From a phage, in NCBI GenBank assembly GCA_023802575.1, contig GCA_023802575.1_3947.1: a stretch of DNA of 64,000 bases; one strand, 5' to 3'. Position numbers and translations under genes: made by a program. The notes under the pieces were generated by a model. That model was given only the letters and a program-made list of their open reading frames with translations. It was not told where the DNA came from and made no database searches. Of this stretch, positions 1-17,866 are shown piece after piece (position 1 is the first letter of the stretch; each line of letters starts with the position of its first letter).

Positions 1-33
1 AAAAAAAAAAAAAGGCTCCCGTAAAAAGGAGCC
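1..33 (-). terminator. Rho-independent terminator (minus strand)
   Basis: Hairpin GGCTCC-loop-GGAGCC at 14-33 followed on the minus strand by a 13-nt T run (A13 on plus at 1-13); lies downstream of CDS 41..412. Confidence 0.6.
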
Positions 34-40
34 TTAAACT

Positions 41-412
41 TTATTTTTCAGTACTTTTTGTGTTCTTCTCAGTAATAGCTTGGAGGGCTGATACTGATTG
101 AGCCAGATTATTTACACTGTCAGAGAACTTATCAAGAGTTTTGGTAAGTTTTGCATTCTCACCCTTAACATTCTCTAACTGAACTTTCTGATTCTCCATC
201 CCTAACTGAATAAGTCTCATGTCAGACTGTAAATCACGAATAGCTGAATAGTTACTTTTGGTGTAATTATCTAGCTGCTGTAACTTTGTTGTGACAGACA
301 CTTCTTGCTTACCACTTGAAACCTGCATCGTGGTATACATCCCAATAACACTAAAAATACCAACTACAATTGCACCAATATTGTTTTTAAAAGCCTCTTC
401 TAGCCACTTCAT
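41..412 (-). CDS. Membrane-anchored coiled-coil protein (holin- or spanin-like candidate)
   Basis: 123 aa; N-terminal hydrophobic segment IGAIVVGIFSVIGMYTTM then long Q/L/N-rich helical region; last gene of the late operon. Confidence 0.5.
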   Translation of the reverse strand: MKWLEEAFKNNIGAIVVGIFSVIGMYTTMQVSSGKQEVSVTTKLQQLDNYTKSNYSAIRDLQSDMRLIQLGMENQKVQLENVKGENAKLTKTLDKFSDSVNNLAQSVSALQAITEKNTKSTEK

Positions 413-606
413 TTATTCTCCCCCTTAAAAGCTTTTTCTAAGTTATCTACGAACTCATCATCAATAGGTGTGTCTGTTTTACTCGCAAGGTATCTTGCAA
501 GCTTAAAGAACACTTTCTCAATCATGTATTCACTTAGAAGGGATAAAATGAGTTTCCAGAAGAAGCTGCCTAGATTTTTTAGTAGGATTGCTAGGATTGT
601 AGGCAT
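409..606 (-). CDS. Small hydrophobic protein (possible holin)
   Basis: 65 aa; hydrophobic N-terminus ILAILLKNLGSFFWKLILSLL, charged C-terminus; start/stop overlaps neighbour. Confidence 0.4.
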   Translation of the reverse strand: MPTILAILLKNLGSFFWKLILSLLSEYMIEKVFFKLARYLASKTDTPIDDEFVDNLEKAFKGENK

Positions 607-685
607 TTAATCACCTCATCAGCCAAGATGGTGAGAATACCCATAAAGAATATTAACACCATCTTAACAATCAGTCAACAAGGGA

Positions 686-3034
686 TTAAGCAGTTCTTAC
701 CCAAGCCATTAACTTGTAGAACTGGTTAGTTACACTAAATGCTGAACCAGAACCTGTACCACCAGTGTTACCACTGACTGTGTGGGTGTGAGCACCAATA
801 CCTACAGAGTGAGTATGCCCCCCAGCAGATGCAGCAGTACCACTTACAGAGTGGGTATGAACACCATCATTTTCTGTCCAACCAACATGCGTTTGAGCAG
901 AATTTGAGGAAGCAACACGACCAGATGACACGTTAGCGTTATCACCTTGTGAAATCCTGTGTGCGTGTTGCCCAGCAGATGCAGCAGTACCACTTACAGA
1001 GTGGGTGTGAGCACCAGTGTTGTTAGTGTTCTTTGTACCATAATCAAAAGATGAAGTGGTAGCAGAGAAACTGTGAGTGTGTGATGGTAAGTTACCAACT
1101 GATAATGTCACAGAATCTGAACCACCAGTTGTAGCAACATCTGAACCGTTTGCTGCTGCGATTCTGATAGTTCTACCAACACCGTTGTTAAGGTACGTCC
1201 AAGTTAACCCAGGAAGTGCCGTATTAGGGTTAACATTGCTATTAAACCAAGTTACAATACCTACTGGATAGATTTTATTAAGGTCTGTAGAGTCACTAAT
1301 TGCTGTTGCAATTTTCTGGTCAGTTTCTGCTTTAGTGTATGCACCGATATCTGAAGGCGTTGGTTTAAAATCAGTTGTGTAAATCTGTGCTTCTCCGGCA
1401 TAGTCACCATTTTTGTCATAGGCGTAGGTAAATGTTGCCAGTCCATTTGAGCCATACACGAAAGAGATTCCTCTTGCATGTGCAGCAGTCTTATTAGAGT
1501 GAGCAACATGAATTGCCAACTCTTTCAGTCCACTAGTAACAGCGTTGTTTCTGACAAAACCTGAATATCCAAGATTAAAACCTGAAGGGTTTTCAAGGTT
1601 ATCCACAGAGACAGTCATTAAGGATTGATTTAATAACTGAGTTTTAACAAAATATCTAGCGTCCAGATTAGACCAATCAGAAGGTTGAACTTGACCAGTA
1701 ATGGTTAGACTCTTATTAGCCTTAATCGCTGAAGTCATAAGAGTAATTTGAGTCCCAGAGAAGCTGTTGTTTAAGGCTACATCAGTAGAATTTGTGCCAC
1801 CTACACCTACCCACCACCTAGATACGTTCGCAGTATCAACACCACGGATATATTGTGGCTGCCCCTGTGTTAAGTTTCTCAATACTAGACCTTCATTGTT
1901 AGATACAATAGTCTGCACATTTGTGAAAGTGTTTGCCACATTAATCTTAGCAAGACTACTCAAAGTGGCTGCTGGAATGTATCTAGAATCAATGTTAGCC
2001 CAATCAGATGGTTGAACTTGACCACCAATTTGAACTGTTTTGCTCATGGTAATGGTGTTGCCTAGTGAGATTTGTGTTTTTGATAAGTAGTTATAAATAT
2101 TGACAATATTCTCATCACCGTCATTACCAATGTACCACTTATTAGCTCCGTCTGACTTTCTTGCTTGGATATACAAAGCCGCAGTTGTGTCCACATTTTG
2201 TAGAGTAATAGCATTAGCATTCTTCTTAACAACAAAGTTAGTGAAAGTATTAGAGCCACTAAATGTATTATTCCCAGCTAACTGTGCAAATCTCTGATTA
2301 GCTGCTGTCTGAGTGAAGTATCTAGCATCTAAGTTAGCAAAACTTGAAGGCTGAACTTGACCAGCAATTTGAAGAGTTCTGTTGACTGTCACCAAATTTT
2401 CTAAAATAGCAATTGAAACGTCAGATTTTACATTCTTCAATACGAGATTATTTGTACCCCTATTATCATTACCCAGATACCACCTGTTAGAGCCATCGGC
2501 ATCTTGACCACGAAGATAGAGTGGAGCACCTTGAGTGATATTCTTGACAATAAGAGCTTCATTGTCAGAGAGAATAGCTTGAGTACCTCTAAAGGTGTTA
2601 TTTGCAGCTAATCTTGAGTACCTTGCATCGTTCTCTTCATTGGTTCTCATACCAAGTTCATTAGGACTTGGTTTATTCAGAGTGTGATAAACAGTTGCTG
2701 ACCTTGAAGCATCTGCAATAGTTAGTTTAAGACCATTTGAGTTAATTTTAAAAGTTTTTAAAACATCCCCAATATTAATCTCAGAAGAACCTGTTGGGTC
2801 AAATACCGCCTTACCACCATAAAGGAGCTTGACAATACCTAAGTCACCCGTCATAGTGCTACCAGCAATCTGGACAAACCTTTCAAGTTTAAAAGATGCT
2901 AAGAAGTCTTGATAGGTCATTCGACGGTCTTCATCACCAAGCATTTCAGGTCTCTTTTTAACTCTGACATGAAGAAGGTCATCTGAACGGATTGTATCGA
3001 TTGAGTTTAGTTCACTCAACTTGTAATCTGCCAT
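686..3034 (-). CDS. Tail fibre protein (long), His-rich HxH repeat C-terminal domain
   Basis: 782 aa; three tandem ~100-aa shaft repeats ending in GQVQPSD(W/F)(A/S)NLDARYF; C-terminal HTHSVSGTAASAG HxH repeats as in phage fibre metal-binding tips; C-terminus shared with paralog 3081..4253. Confidence 0.8.
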   Translation of the reverse strand: MADYKLSELNSIDTIRSDDLLHVRVKKRPEMLGDEDRRMTYQDFLASFKLERFVQIAGSTMTGDLGIVKLLYGGKAVFDPTGSSEINIGDVLKTFKINSNGLKLTIADASRSATVYHTLNKPSPNELGMRTNEENDARYSRLAANNTFRGTQAILSDNEALIVKNITQGAPLYLRGQDADGSNRWYLGNDNRGTNNLVLKNVKSDVSIAILENLVTVNRTLQIAGQVQPSSFANLDARYFTQTAANQRFAQLAGNNTFSGSNTFTNFVVKKNANAITLQNVDTTAALYIQARKSDGANKWYIGNDGDENIVNIYNYLSKTQISLGNTITMSKTVQIGGQVQPSDWANIDSRYIPAATLSSLAKINVANTFTNVQTIVSNNEGLVLRNLTQGQPQYIRGVDTANVSRWWVGVGGTNSTDVALNNSFSGTQITLMTSAIKANKSLTITGQVQPSDWSNLDARYFVKTQLLNQSLMTVSVDNLENPSGFNLGYSGFVRNNAVTSGLKELAIHVAHSNKTAAHARGISFVYGSNGLATFTYAYDKNGDYAGEAQIYTTDFKPTPSDIGAYTKAETDQKIATAISDSTDLNKIYPVGIVTWFNSNVNPNTALPGLTWTYLNNGVGRTIRIAAANGSDVATTGGSDSVTLSVGNLPSHTHSFSATTSSFDYGTKNTNNTGAHTHSVSGTAASAGQHAHRISQGDNANVSSGRVASSNSAQTHVGWTENDGVHTHSVSGTAASAGGHTHSVGIGAHTHTVSGNTGGTGSGSAFSVTNQFYKLMAWVRTA

Positions 3035-3048
3035 TATAAATTTTCCTC

Positions 3049-3070
3049 TTAAAAGGGGCTATAAAGCCCC
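3049..3070 (-). terminator. Hairpin terminator between the two tail fibre genes
   Basis: GGGGCT-ataa-AGCCCC hairpin followed on minus strand by T run. Confidence 0.45.
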
Positions 3071-3080
3071 TGTAAAGAAA

Positions 3081-4253
3081 TTAAGCTGTTCTCTGCCATA
3101 CATACAGTACGAAGGATGGCTGTTCAATATTAACTGCCTGACCTCCACCAACACTATTTGTGTTACCACTATGTGTATGCTCAGAAGAAGAAACTGTCAC
3201 AGTACCACTGTGTGTATGTGAACCAATACCAACTGTGTGGCTGTGAGCACCAATCCCAACTGTATGGCTGTGGTTACCAGATGCACCAGATGTAACACTA
3301 AAACTGTGTGAGTGTGCGCCATCACTAGATGTCCTTGATGTCCTTCTTGCACCACCACCATCAGAGTCAGCTACAGCATTACCAGTACCATCATTTTCTC
3401 TAGGATACACGTCATGGTCATGAGTACCGTTTGTACTCGTGTTACCTGACACACTATGTGTATGGTTGCCAGTTGTGTTAGTGGCTTTTGTCCCATAGTC
3501 AAAAGAGTTGGTAGTCTTAGTCCCATAATCAAAAGCTGAAATTGACACAGTTGCATTATGAGTGTGACCACCACCACTAAGAGACACAGAGTGAGAGTGT
3601 TGAGGCATGTTATTGACTGACAAAACAACAGTTGAAGAACCAAATACAGAACCTGCTGGTCTTGTGTCAGAATCATAGCCAACCAATGCCCTACCTTTTG
3701 AGACTAACTCCCAAGTACCTCCGCAAATTAAGTATGTAGAAGGGTTTGCAGAGTTCATGGAAAGATGGATAGTACCTACTGGATAGGAAGCCTGAACAGC
3801 CTTGTACAAGTTATTTACTGCTCTTGCTGTAGCATACTTATCTGCATCTTCATTATAAAGGTTAGATGTTGTCCAGTTCTGAACATTACTCAATCCTACC
3901 TGTGCCTTAGTTGTATTGTGTGGGTTGCTCTTGTCCTGAATATGTTGCTGAACAAGGTTATTAACCTCTTCTGAAGACATAATCTGTAGATTTGCTCTTG
4001 CCTCAGCTACATTAACAATATCTGATAAGTTATTTGCAGCGACTAACTGAAGAGCATTAATAACATTATCTAAACCAATTTGTGTTTTAGTAACACCATG
4101 AGGGTTATTTCTTAGGCTTGCGTGTGGAGCAAGTAATTGCTCAAGAGTACACCTCTTATCCTCAATACCCTGCTTAAGATGGAAGATATCACTAAGGTCA
4201 ATTGGTAAAGCTGCTTGAGGCAAGGCACTAATTTGAATTTCACCTACTGCCAT
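3081..4253 (-). CDS. Tail fibre protein (short paralog), His-rich HxH repeats
   Basis: 390 aa; HSHSVS, HTHSVSG, GAHSHTVGIG repeats; C-terminal VLYVWQRTA parallels LMAWVRTA of 686..3034. Confidence 0.8.
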   Translation of the reverse strand: MAVGEIQISALPQAALPIDLSDIFHLKQGIEDKRCTLEQLLAPHASLRNNPHGVTKTQIGLDNVINALQLVAANNLSDIVNVAEARANLQIMSSEEVNNLVQQHIQDKSNPHNTTKAQVGLSNVQNWTTSNLYNEDADKYATARAVNNLYKAVQASYPVGTIHLSMNSANPSTYLICGGTWELVSKGRALVGYDSDTRPAGSVFGSSTVVLSVNNMPQHSHSVSLSGGGHTHNATVSISAFDYGTKTTNSFDYGTKATNTTGNHTHSVSGNTSTNGTHDHDVYPRENDGTGNAVADSDGGGARRTSRTSSDGAHSHSFSVTSGASGNHSHTVGIGAHSHTVGIGSHTHSGTVTVSSSEHTHSGNTNSVGGGQAVNIEQPSFVLYVWQRTA

Positions 4254-4255
4254 TA

Positions 4256-12274
<8,019 letters not shown>

Positions 12275-12275
<1 letters not shown>

Positions 12276-12514
12276 TACATTTTTCCTGCTCTTCTAAGTT
12301 CGTTGTAAGCAATTTCCTCTTTATACGACCTCTGAATTTCAAGAAATTGTCTCAATGATAATAAATCAGAGAATGTCATAGCAAAGAGTTGGTCAAGTGT
12401 TTCTTTACACCCTTCCATACCATAAATAGCAAGCACAAATTTCATCTCGTCTGCTTCTTCATAGGTTGCCTCTACAGCAGCATCAGTTAGTGGTGTCTGT
12501 AGAGTGTTACCCAT
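12275..12514 (-). CDS. Tail assembly chaperone, downstream (-1) frame segment (gpT-like)
   Basis: 79 aa ORF starting 2 nt after the stop of 12517..12915, in the -1 frame relative to it. Confidence 0.45.
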
Positions 12515-12516
12515 GT

Positions 12517-12915
12517 TTACTGAGAAGTTAGGCTTTTGAAAATGCTTGCTTCGAAAAAACTTCCGAAATTTGCCTCCAGCGCAAATGCTAAGTAATCAAT
12601 AAACTCACCGTAGTTTGCTTGGAAGTACGTATCAATATTAAGTGGGAAGTCGTCAACAGTTGCCCCTTGAAATAATAAGGTAGCCATCTCTTCAAGGTTA
12701 ATTTCTTCAATTCTGTCAAAACAAGCTTCAACAAGTTCTTTAAATGGAACCATTGGAGCTTCTTTCTTACCCTTGTCAGTCAGACTTGACAGCATCTGTG
12801 CAAAGGTTGGAACAACAATTTTACCCAACTTCATAGACATCTTAATACCATCTCTTGCCCCAAGCAGAACGATATTTACTTTCTTACCATTAATTACTCT
12901 AGATTCTGTTTTCAT
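12517..12915 (-). CDS. Tail assembly chaperone (gpG-like)
   Basis: 132 aa, between tube and tape measure; contains T-TTT-TTC heptamer near its 3' end. Confidence 0.5.
   Translation of the reverse strand: MKTESRVINGKKVNIVLLGARDGIKMSMKLGKIVVPTFAQMLSSLTDKGKKEAPMVPFKELVEACFDRIEEINLEEMATLLFQGATVDDFPLNIDTYFQANYGEFIDYLAFALEANFGSFFEASIFKSLTSQ
12553..12559 (-). other. Candidate -1 programmed ribosomal frameshift slippery heptamer T_TTT_TTC
   Basis: Minus-strand TTTTTTC in X_XXY_YYZ register of the 132-aa frame (codons AGT TTT TTC); a -1 shift reads without stop into the ATG frame of 12275..12514. Confidence 0.4.
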
Positions 12916-12943
12916 TGTGATTCCTTAATACTTTAAAAGAAAC

Positions 12944-12977
12944 AAAAAAGGGGAAGACCTTTTAAAGTCTCCCCCTT
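12944..12977 (-). terminator. Rho-independent terminator downstream of tail tube gene
   Basis: Hairpin GGGGGAGAC-loop-GTCTTCCCC followed by T6 on minus strand. Confidence 0.6.
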
Positions 12978-12987
12978 ATAGGATTTA

Positions 12988-13434
12988 TTAAACACTTGAC
13001 GCTGGAATTGTTGAAGTGTAGTCTAGCTTCTCACAACCAAAAATCCAAGTTTTAGAGTTCTGGTCACGACCAAGTTCAATCTGTGGTAATTCCTGCAACC
13101 AAGCATTAATACCAGTTGCCAGAACAGAGCCTGATGGGTCGTAGATTACGAAGTTAGAAGAGATATCTTCTTCAAGTTCCATATTGTCTTGTTTAGCTTG
13201 AATTGCAGAAAGCATCTGGTTAGAGAGAGAAGTCTGCATTAACTCAATCTCAATAGTACCTGTCTTGTCTGCATTTCTTGTCAGAGCAACTTGACCACCT
13301 GCACCTACAACTGGTGTGATAAGTGGTGATGTTCTCTGTAGACGTAAAAATGAGTCTGGGGCAAAGCCTTCAATGGCAATACCATTCCAGCTACATACAA
13401 CGTCTTTAGGGGAATATTGCTGATACATAGCCAT
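12988..13434 (-). CDS. Tail tube protein
   Basis: 148 aa ORF immediately downstream of the sheath-sized gene and followed by terminator (highly expressed pair). Confidence 0.55.
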   Translation of the reverse strand: MAMYQQYSPKDVVCSWNGIAIEGFAPDSFLRLQRTSPLITPVVGAGGQVALTRNADKTGTIEIELMQTSLSNQMLSAIQAKQDNMELEEDISSNFVIYDPSGSVLATGINAWLQELPQIELGRDQNSKTWIFGCEKLDYTSTIPASSV

Positions 13435-13449
13435 TCCAATTTACCTCTA

Positions 13450-14802
13450 TTATTCGTAAGCCACTGTACCTTTCAAGTCAACATCCAAGATAGCCCCTGC
13501 TAAGATACCTGCGAAGGTAACGTCTTTCAGGATACGAGCTTTCTTGTCTGCCAAAGCAACTTGAGAGGCTTTAGGAACATTAACTGTGTAAGATGACAGG
13601 AAGTTTCTGTTGACTGCTCTTTGCAGAGAGGTTTCAATGACTTGACGAATACGGGTAATGCCAGTATCATCATAAGTAATCTTACCACCCTTCTGGTTAA
13701 TTAGCAAGTCTCTCAGAGAAGTTTTCAGGTCTGATTCTAACCAGTCAACACCACGGACGATATCAATCCATTCCCCACCAGAAGTAATCCCTCTACGAAC
13801 CACTGGAACACCACCATCAAGGTCGATAAAGTTACAGTGACGTGCATCTAAAGCTGACTTCTGAATGCTTGTCAGAGGTCTCTTATTAGCTGGCTGTAAA
13901 GAAGCAGCTACACCAGTCAACTGAGCATTACCCCAAGCAATTGACCCTGCATCGTATGGAGCACCATAAGCAATATATGCCATCTCTGGATAATCTTCTG
14001 CCGCTGTGTGATGCCACAAGCAAACTGTGCGGGTATACATACTCTTAGCAAGCTGCGCTGGAACATCATTTGCACTGTTTAATTCTGTACCTTGTAGTGC
14101 TGCTACATCAGAGTTGGCTGTGAAGAAGATTTTCTTACGAGCCTGAATCTCAGAAGCCATTGCTAAGACAAACTGTTGAGTTCTGTCTTCTGCTGCAATG
14201 AAATACCAGTCGGTAGAATAAGCTTCAATAGCTGCCAGAGCAGTTGACGCTGTATCAGCAGTTGTGCTTGCAACAGATACAGTTTGTGCTGTAGTGGTTA
14301 CCTTCACGAAATCATTGTCACCAGCTTTGGAGATGACCATTGTGGCAGAACCGTTGCTACCAGTAACATTGACTGATACTTTATCTTTAATTGATTGGTC
14401 AGCTTCAATCTGTGTTTTAAACTGTTGTAATACCTTCTCGGCAGTATCTTCAGATTGAGAAGTGTACTGGAATGGTTGTGACATTCCTCCACCGACAGCT
14501 ACAGTAATTGAGTAGTCCGTGCTCTCAGTAACCTCATCAGGAATTGATACAGTGTACTGCATAGCGCGTCTACCAATATAAAGCTGAGTTACTTTAGGAG
14601 TCTGACTCCAAAGTTGTTTAGCAGCCTTATATGCAGCAGTATTCTCATCGAAATCTTCAGCAACTTCAGTTAAGGAAGTGTAACCACGCACTCTTTCTTC
14701 AAAGTTATCTGTTGAAGCTAAGAATAGTGGCAAACCAAAACCTTCTCTTGTAGTTCCTGCGGTGTTCAATGTAATATCTACATTAACAATTGGATTCCAC
14801 AT
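13450..14802 (-). CDS. Tail sheath protein
   Basis: 450 aa; position upstream of tube in a contractile-tail module. Confidence 0.55.
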   Translation of the reverse strand: MWNPIVNVDITLNTAGTTREGFGLPLFLASTDNFEERVRGYTSLTEVAEDFDENTAAYKAAKQLWSQTPKVTQLYIGRRAMQYTVSIPDEVTESTDYSITVAVGGGMSQPFQYTSQSEDTAEKVLQQFKTQIEADQSIKDKVSVNVTGSNGSATMVISKAGDNDFVKVTTTAQTVSVASTTADTASTALAAIEAYSTDWYFIAAEDRTQQFVLAMASEIQARKKIFFTANSDVAALQGTELNSANDVPAQLAKSMYTRTVCLWHHTAAEDYPEMAYIAYGAPYDAGSIAWGNAQLTGVAASLQPANKRPLTSIQKSALDARHCNFIDLDGGVPVVRRGITSGGEWIDIVRGVDWLESDLKTSLRDLLINQKGGKITYDDTGITRIRQVIETSLQRAVNRNFLSSYTVNVPKASQVALADKKARILKDVTFAGILAGAILDVDLKGTVAYE

Positions 14803-15402
14803 TTATTTTACCCCTTTGGAGTCTACATCTAGATGGATAGTATATTCTGGTGGCTCTTGCCCTTCTTCATAAACCAACTCACCATCAACAATGACACGCT
14901 CAATAATACTTCCACGTTCATCTTTCAGGACTGAGTTTTTTACAAGAGTTACAACAAGAGGCGCAGAATTTTCGAAATCTGTATTGAGATAAGTGTAATC
15001 GTTAGGGATTGCTCCAGTGTCTAGTACTGTAGCTCCTGTTTCTTCAAGGATTAAATCTCTGACTGAACTCATCTCTAATCTTTGTTTAAGCTCAAGCATA
15101 ATACTGTGAGCACCTTTACCATTTACCGTAATCAATACAGGAATTTGAAAAGCAATTCTGTAACAAACTACATCATCTTCAACAAACTTATCAAGAACCC
15201 AACCATAAGGTGTTGCAGCATCTTGACAATATACGGTAATAAATGGCTGGTCAGGTTTTAAACCTTTGTCATTTGAGTTATCAGAAGGGTAAGCTCTAAT
15301 TACGTTTGGTCTATTATTTTTATCACGAGCTAATCTGTGACCAATAACACCCACTAAGGTTCTGACTAGACCTTTTTCAAGTTCTGCTGTTTCTAACTGC
15401 AT
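14803..15402 (-). CDS. Head-tail joining / tail completion protein (position-based)
   Basis: 199 aa ORF between capsid and sheath genes. Confidence 0.4.
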   Translation of the reverse strand: MQLETAELEKGLVRTLVGVIGHRLARDKNNRPNVIRAYPSDNSNDKGLKPDQPFITVYCQDAATPYGWVLDKFVEDDVVCYRIAFQIPVLITVNGKGAHSIMLELKQRLEMSSVRDLILEETGATVLDTGAIPNDYTYLNTDFENSAPLVVTLVKNSVLKDERGSIIERVIVDGELVYEEGQEPPEYTIHLDVDSKGVK

Positions 15403-15778
15403 TCATTTTATCCCTTCTAATAATGATATATTCATAATGGGATGTATGGGCTAATTGCTGTGACCAATCCATAGTCATAAATACTTCATACTCATGACCA
15501 TCAATCATAACAATATCAGACTCATTCCACTCTACATCATCTGAAGTTCTAAGTTTATATGTAGTATACAGGATTCTTGTATCGGTTAGCCTAATACCTT
15601 CCGGTAAAGCAATCTGTGTACCGTTCTTTACAGAACCTTTGATATATGGCTGGATATTACCTTTACAGTTAACCTCTACAATATCTTGTGAAGCTACCCA
15701 ATCACCATCATCATTATAATAACCGTCTTCAGAGACTTTACGCTTTACTACAAAGCTGTGTCTGTTTAAGAGCCTCAT
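15377..15778 (-). CDS. Head-tail joining protein (position-based)
   Basis: 133 aa ORF. Confidence 0.4.
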   Translation of the reverse strand: MRLLNRHSFVVKRKVSEDGYYNDDGDWVASQDIVEVNCKGNIQPYIKGSVKNGTQIALPEGIRLTDTRILYTTYKLRTSDDVEWNESDIVMIDGHEYEVFMTMDWSQQLAHTSHYEYIIIRRDKMNAVRNSRT

Positions 15779-16257
15779 TTTTTAATACCCTTCTTAGTAG
15801 AAATTTTATAAGCAAGGTTATCCCTTAAGTCACCTGTCTCAACAAGAGGTGCATTAAAGCCTTTTTTCTTGACTGTGGAAGGTGCGTTAGGAGGGAGGAT
15901 AGCAGAATTACCAAAACCTCTTTTAATTGCCTTTTGAGCATTCTTTGCAAATGCTTCTAAGGTATTTGAAGGGTCTACGTTGAGACTGCTAAGTTGCTTA
16001 TATAGATTCTTCTTAGTCTGCTCTAACAAGGTCTGTCTGTTTAGCATCATAGTGATTTCAAACAACCTACGATATACTTTACCAGAAGCTGAAGGAACCC
16101 CAATAACTTCTTGTAAATACATTAAAGCAGGATAAGAAAAACCAGAGCTATGTTGACCTTGTTCTTGAAAATACCCAACTTGAGCATTAGCCGTTTGCAA
16201 GTTCTTCATAGCCCCGACTAATTTTGCTCTAGCGGGGTGAATAACCCTTTTAACCAT
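15775..16257 (-). CDS. Head completion / neck protein (position-based)
   Basis: 160 aa ORF, overlapping start/stop. Confidence 0.4.
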   Translation of the reverse strand: MVKRVIHPARAKLVGAMKNLQTANAQVGYFQEQGQHSSGFSYPALMYLQEVIGVPSASGKVYRRLFEITMMLNRQTLLEQTKKNLYKQLSSLNVDPSNTLEAFAKNAQKAIKRGFGNSAILPPNAPSTVKKKGFNAPLVETGDLRDNLAYKISTKKGIKK

Positions 16258-16706
16258 TATTCATCTCGCTCGATAATAAATACGCCATTAACACGGTTGC
16301 AGTAATCTCTGCCTTCGTATCTGGCAGCATCACCATATTCTGTGTATTTCTTGACAGAGCAAGGATTCTGACGACGCATATCAATGTCGCACTGATTAAT
16401 ACCACCTGCATAGGGTAGTCCTGAAACAGAGCTTTTAACAAGGTCGTCATAAACAGCTTTCAGAGATTTGAATCTGGAAGAGTTACGTAAATAAACACCA
16501 CCAACCTTCTCATCTCCCATCTTGGCTACTTGAAAGAGTAAATATTTAAGAGCTTTGATGGCTGCTTTCTTTTCATCCTTTCCAGATTCTAGATAGAACC
16601 ACTCTAGCACAGACTGCTCAATAAGGATTTCATCATTATTAGTGTCTGTGCAGAGGATTCTTACTCTATCAAGAGGGTTATTGGCTGGGTCGCCTGTATA
16701 ACACAT
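16257..16706 (-). CDS. Head-tail connector-associated protein (position-based)
   Basis: 149 aa ORF directly downstream of capsid gene. Confidence 0.4.
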   Translation of the reverse strand: MCYTGDPANNPLDRVRILCTDTNNDEILIEQSVLEWFYLESGKDEKKAAIKALKYLLFQVAKMGDEKVGGVYLRNSSRFKSLKAVYDDLVKSSVSGLPYAGGINQCDIDMRRQNPCSVKKYTEYGDAARYEGRDYCNRVNGVFIIERDE

Positions 16707-16726
16707 TCATAACCCTCCTAAATTTA

Positions 16727-17833
16727 TCAGCCACCTTTGGCGTCAGCACGAACATCTACCAGCAACTGAGGACGAGTACAGTATGGCAGCATGTAAGAGT
16801 GAGCTTCAAAGTCAATACCTTCGTCACGGTCTTTTTCGTATTCGAATACGTACAGTTCCTGACCAAGTGTATTTGCATAACCCATCTTAGGACATGGACC
16901 ATATGCAACTTCGAAAATGTTGTTTGCTTCACCCAGCATAGAAACGTTAGGGAAAGCATGACCAACACCAACAGTGTCTGCTACGCTGTCAATGCTCACC
17001 AGAGTGTGAACCTTACCACGCTTGTCTTTGAACTTACCGTTGTACTGGACAAACTTAACACCACCGTAGTAGAAAGTGTTCATGTGAGCCTGAACGCCGT
17101 CAGTACCACCAGTTCTCAGAGAACCAGTAATCTGCTGCCAAGCCAGTGGAGTCTGCTGTGCAAGATAAGCGTCACGAATCTTAGGATGCTTAACCAGTTT
17201 GCTGAAGAACACACGGTCAACAACTACGTGAATTTCTTCACCGTTGATTACAGTGCCAGTCTTAGCTTCGTCTTCCATGTGCATACGCAGTTCTTCAATA
17301 GAAGCGTCGATGTCAGCATTAGGGTTGTCAAGGTCGAAGTAAACAGTCTTCTTCTCAACGTCGAACTGCTTGTACAGGTCAGCGTACAGAGTACCACGAG
17401 CATCAACAACTTTACCCTTCAGAGCTTGCATAAACAGGAACTCACGAGTAATATCGAACTTGGTACGAATCTTCATCAGCTTCTTAGCACGTACTACTGC
17501 TTCAGTAGTCAGTTCGTTTGCAGTGCCTGGCTGACGTACACCCTGAATTTCATCAGGAGTGATGCTTTCAACTTCTTTGAAGTACATCATTGGGAAGCTG
17601 ATTTGACGGACACGCTCAGGTGCGCTAGTCTCTGCTTTACGGCTATCACGGTCTACCGCATCAAGCAAGCTAACATCCCAATCAGTCAAGTCCATAAGGA
17701 AAGTAGTTTGGGTGATTGGTGCTGAACGGAACAGACCTAAGTTGGAAATATACCCATAAGTATTTGGGATAGACTGGACTTCACCAGTCAGGTCAGCAAG
17801 GAAAAATCTGCTTTTTTCAGAATTAGTCAACAT
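16727..17833 (-). CDS. Major capsid protein (lambda gpE-like)
   Basis: 368 aa; follows protease/scaffold and decoration-like genes in lambda C-D-E order; C-terminal region resembles gpE family; codon usage shifted toward optimal enterobacterial codons. Confidence 0.7.
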   Translation of the reverse strand: MLTNSEKSRFFLADLTGEVQSIPNTYGYISNLGLFRSAPITQTTFLMDLTDWDVSLLDAVDRDSRKAETSAPERVRQISFPMMYFKEVESITPDEIQGVRQPGTANELTTEAVVRAKKLMKIRTKFDITREFLFMQALKGKVVDARGTLYADLYKQFDVEKKTVYFDLDNPNADIDASIEELRMHMEDEAKTGTVINGEEIHVVVDRVFFSKLVKHPKIRDAYLAQQTPLAWQQITGSLRTGGTDGVQAHMNTFYYGGVKFVQYNGKFKDKRGKVHTLVSIDSVADTVGVGHAFPNVSMLGEANNIFEVAYGPCPKMGYANTLGQELYVFEYEKDRDEGIDFEAHSYMLPYCTRPQLLVDVRADAKGG

Positions 17834-17866
17834 TGTAAAATTCTCCAGAATGTCTTATTATTGTTA

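Noticed and set aside
16799-17725. 308-aa plus-strand ORF antisense to the capsid gene, and similar antisense ORFs (1077..1271, 1767..2015, 4814..5152, 18296..18673, 22049..22465, 55808..56335)
   Set aside because: They lie wholly inside strongly supported minus-strand genes, lack RBS context and have low-complexity composition; shadow ORFs.
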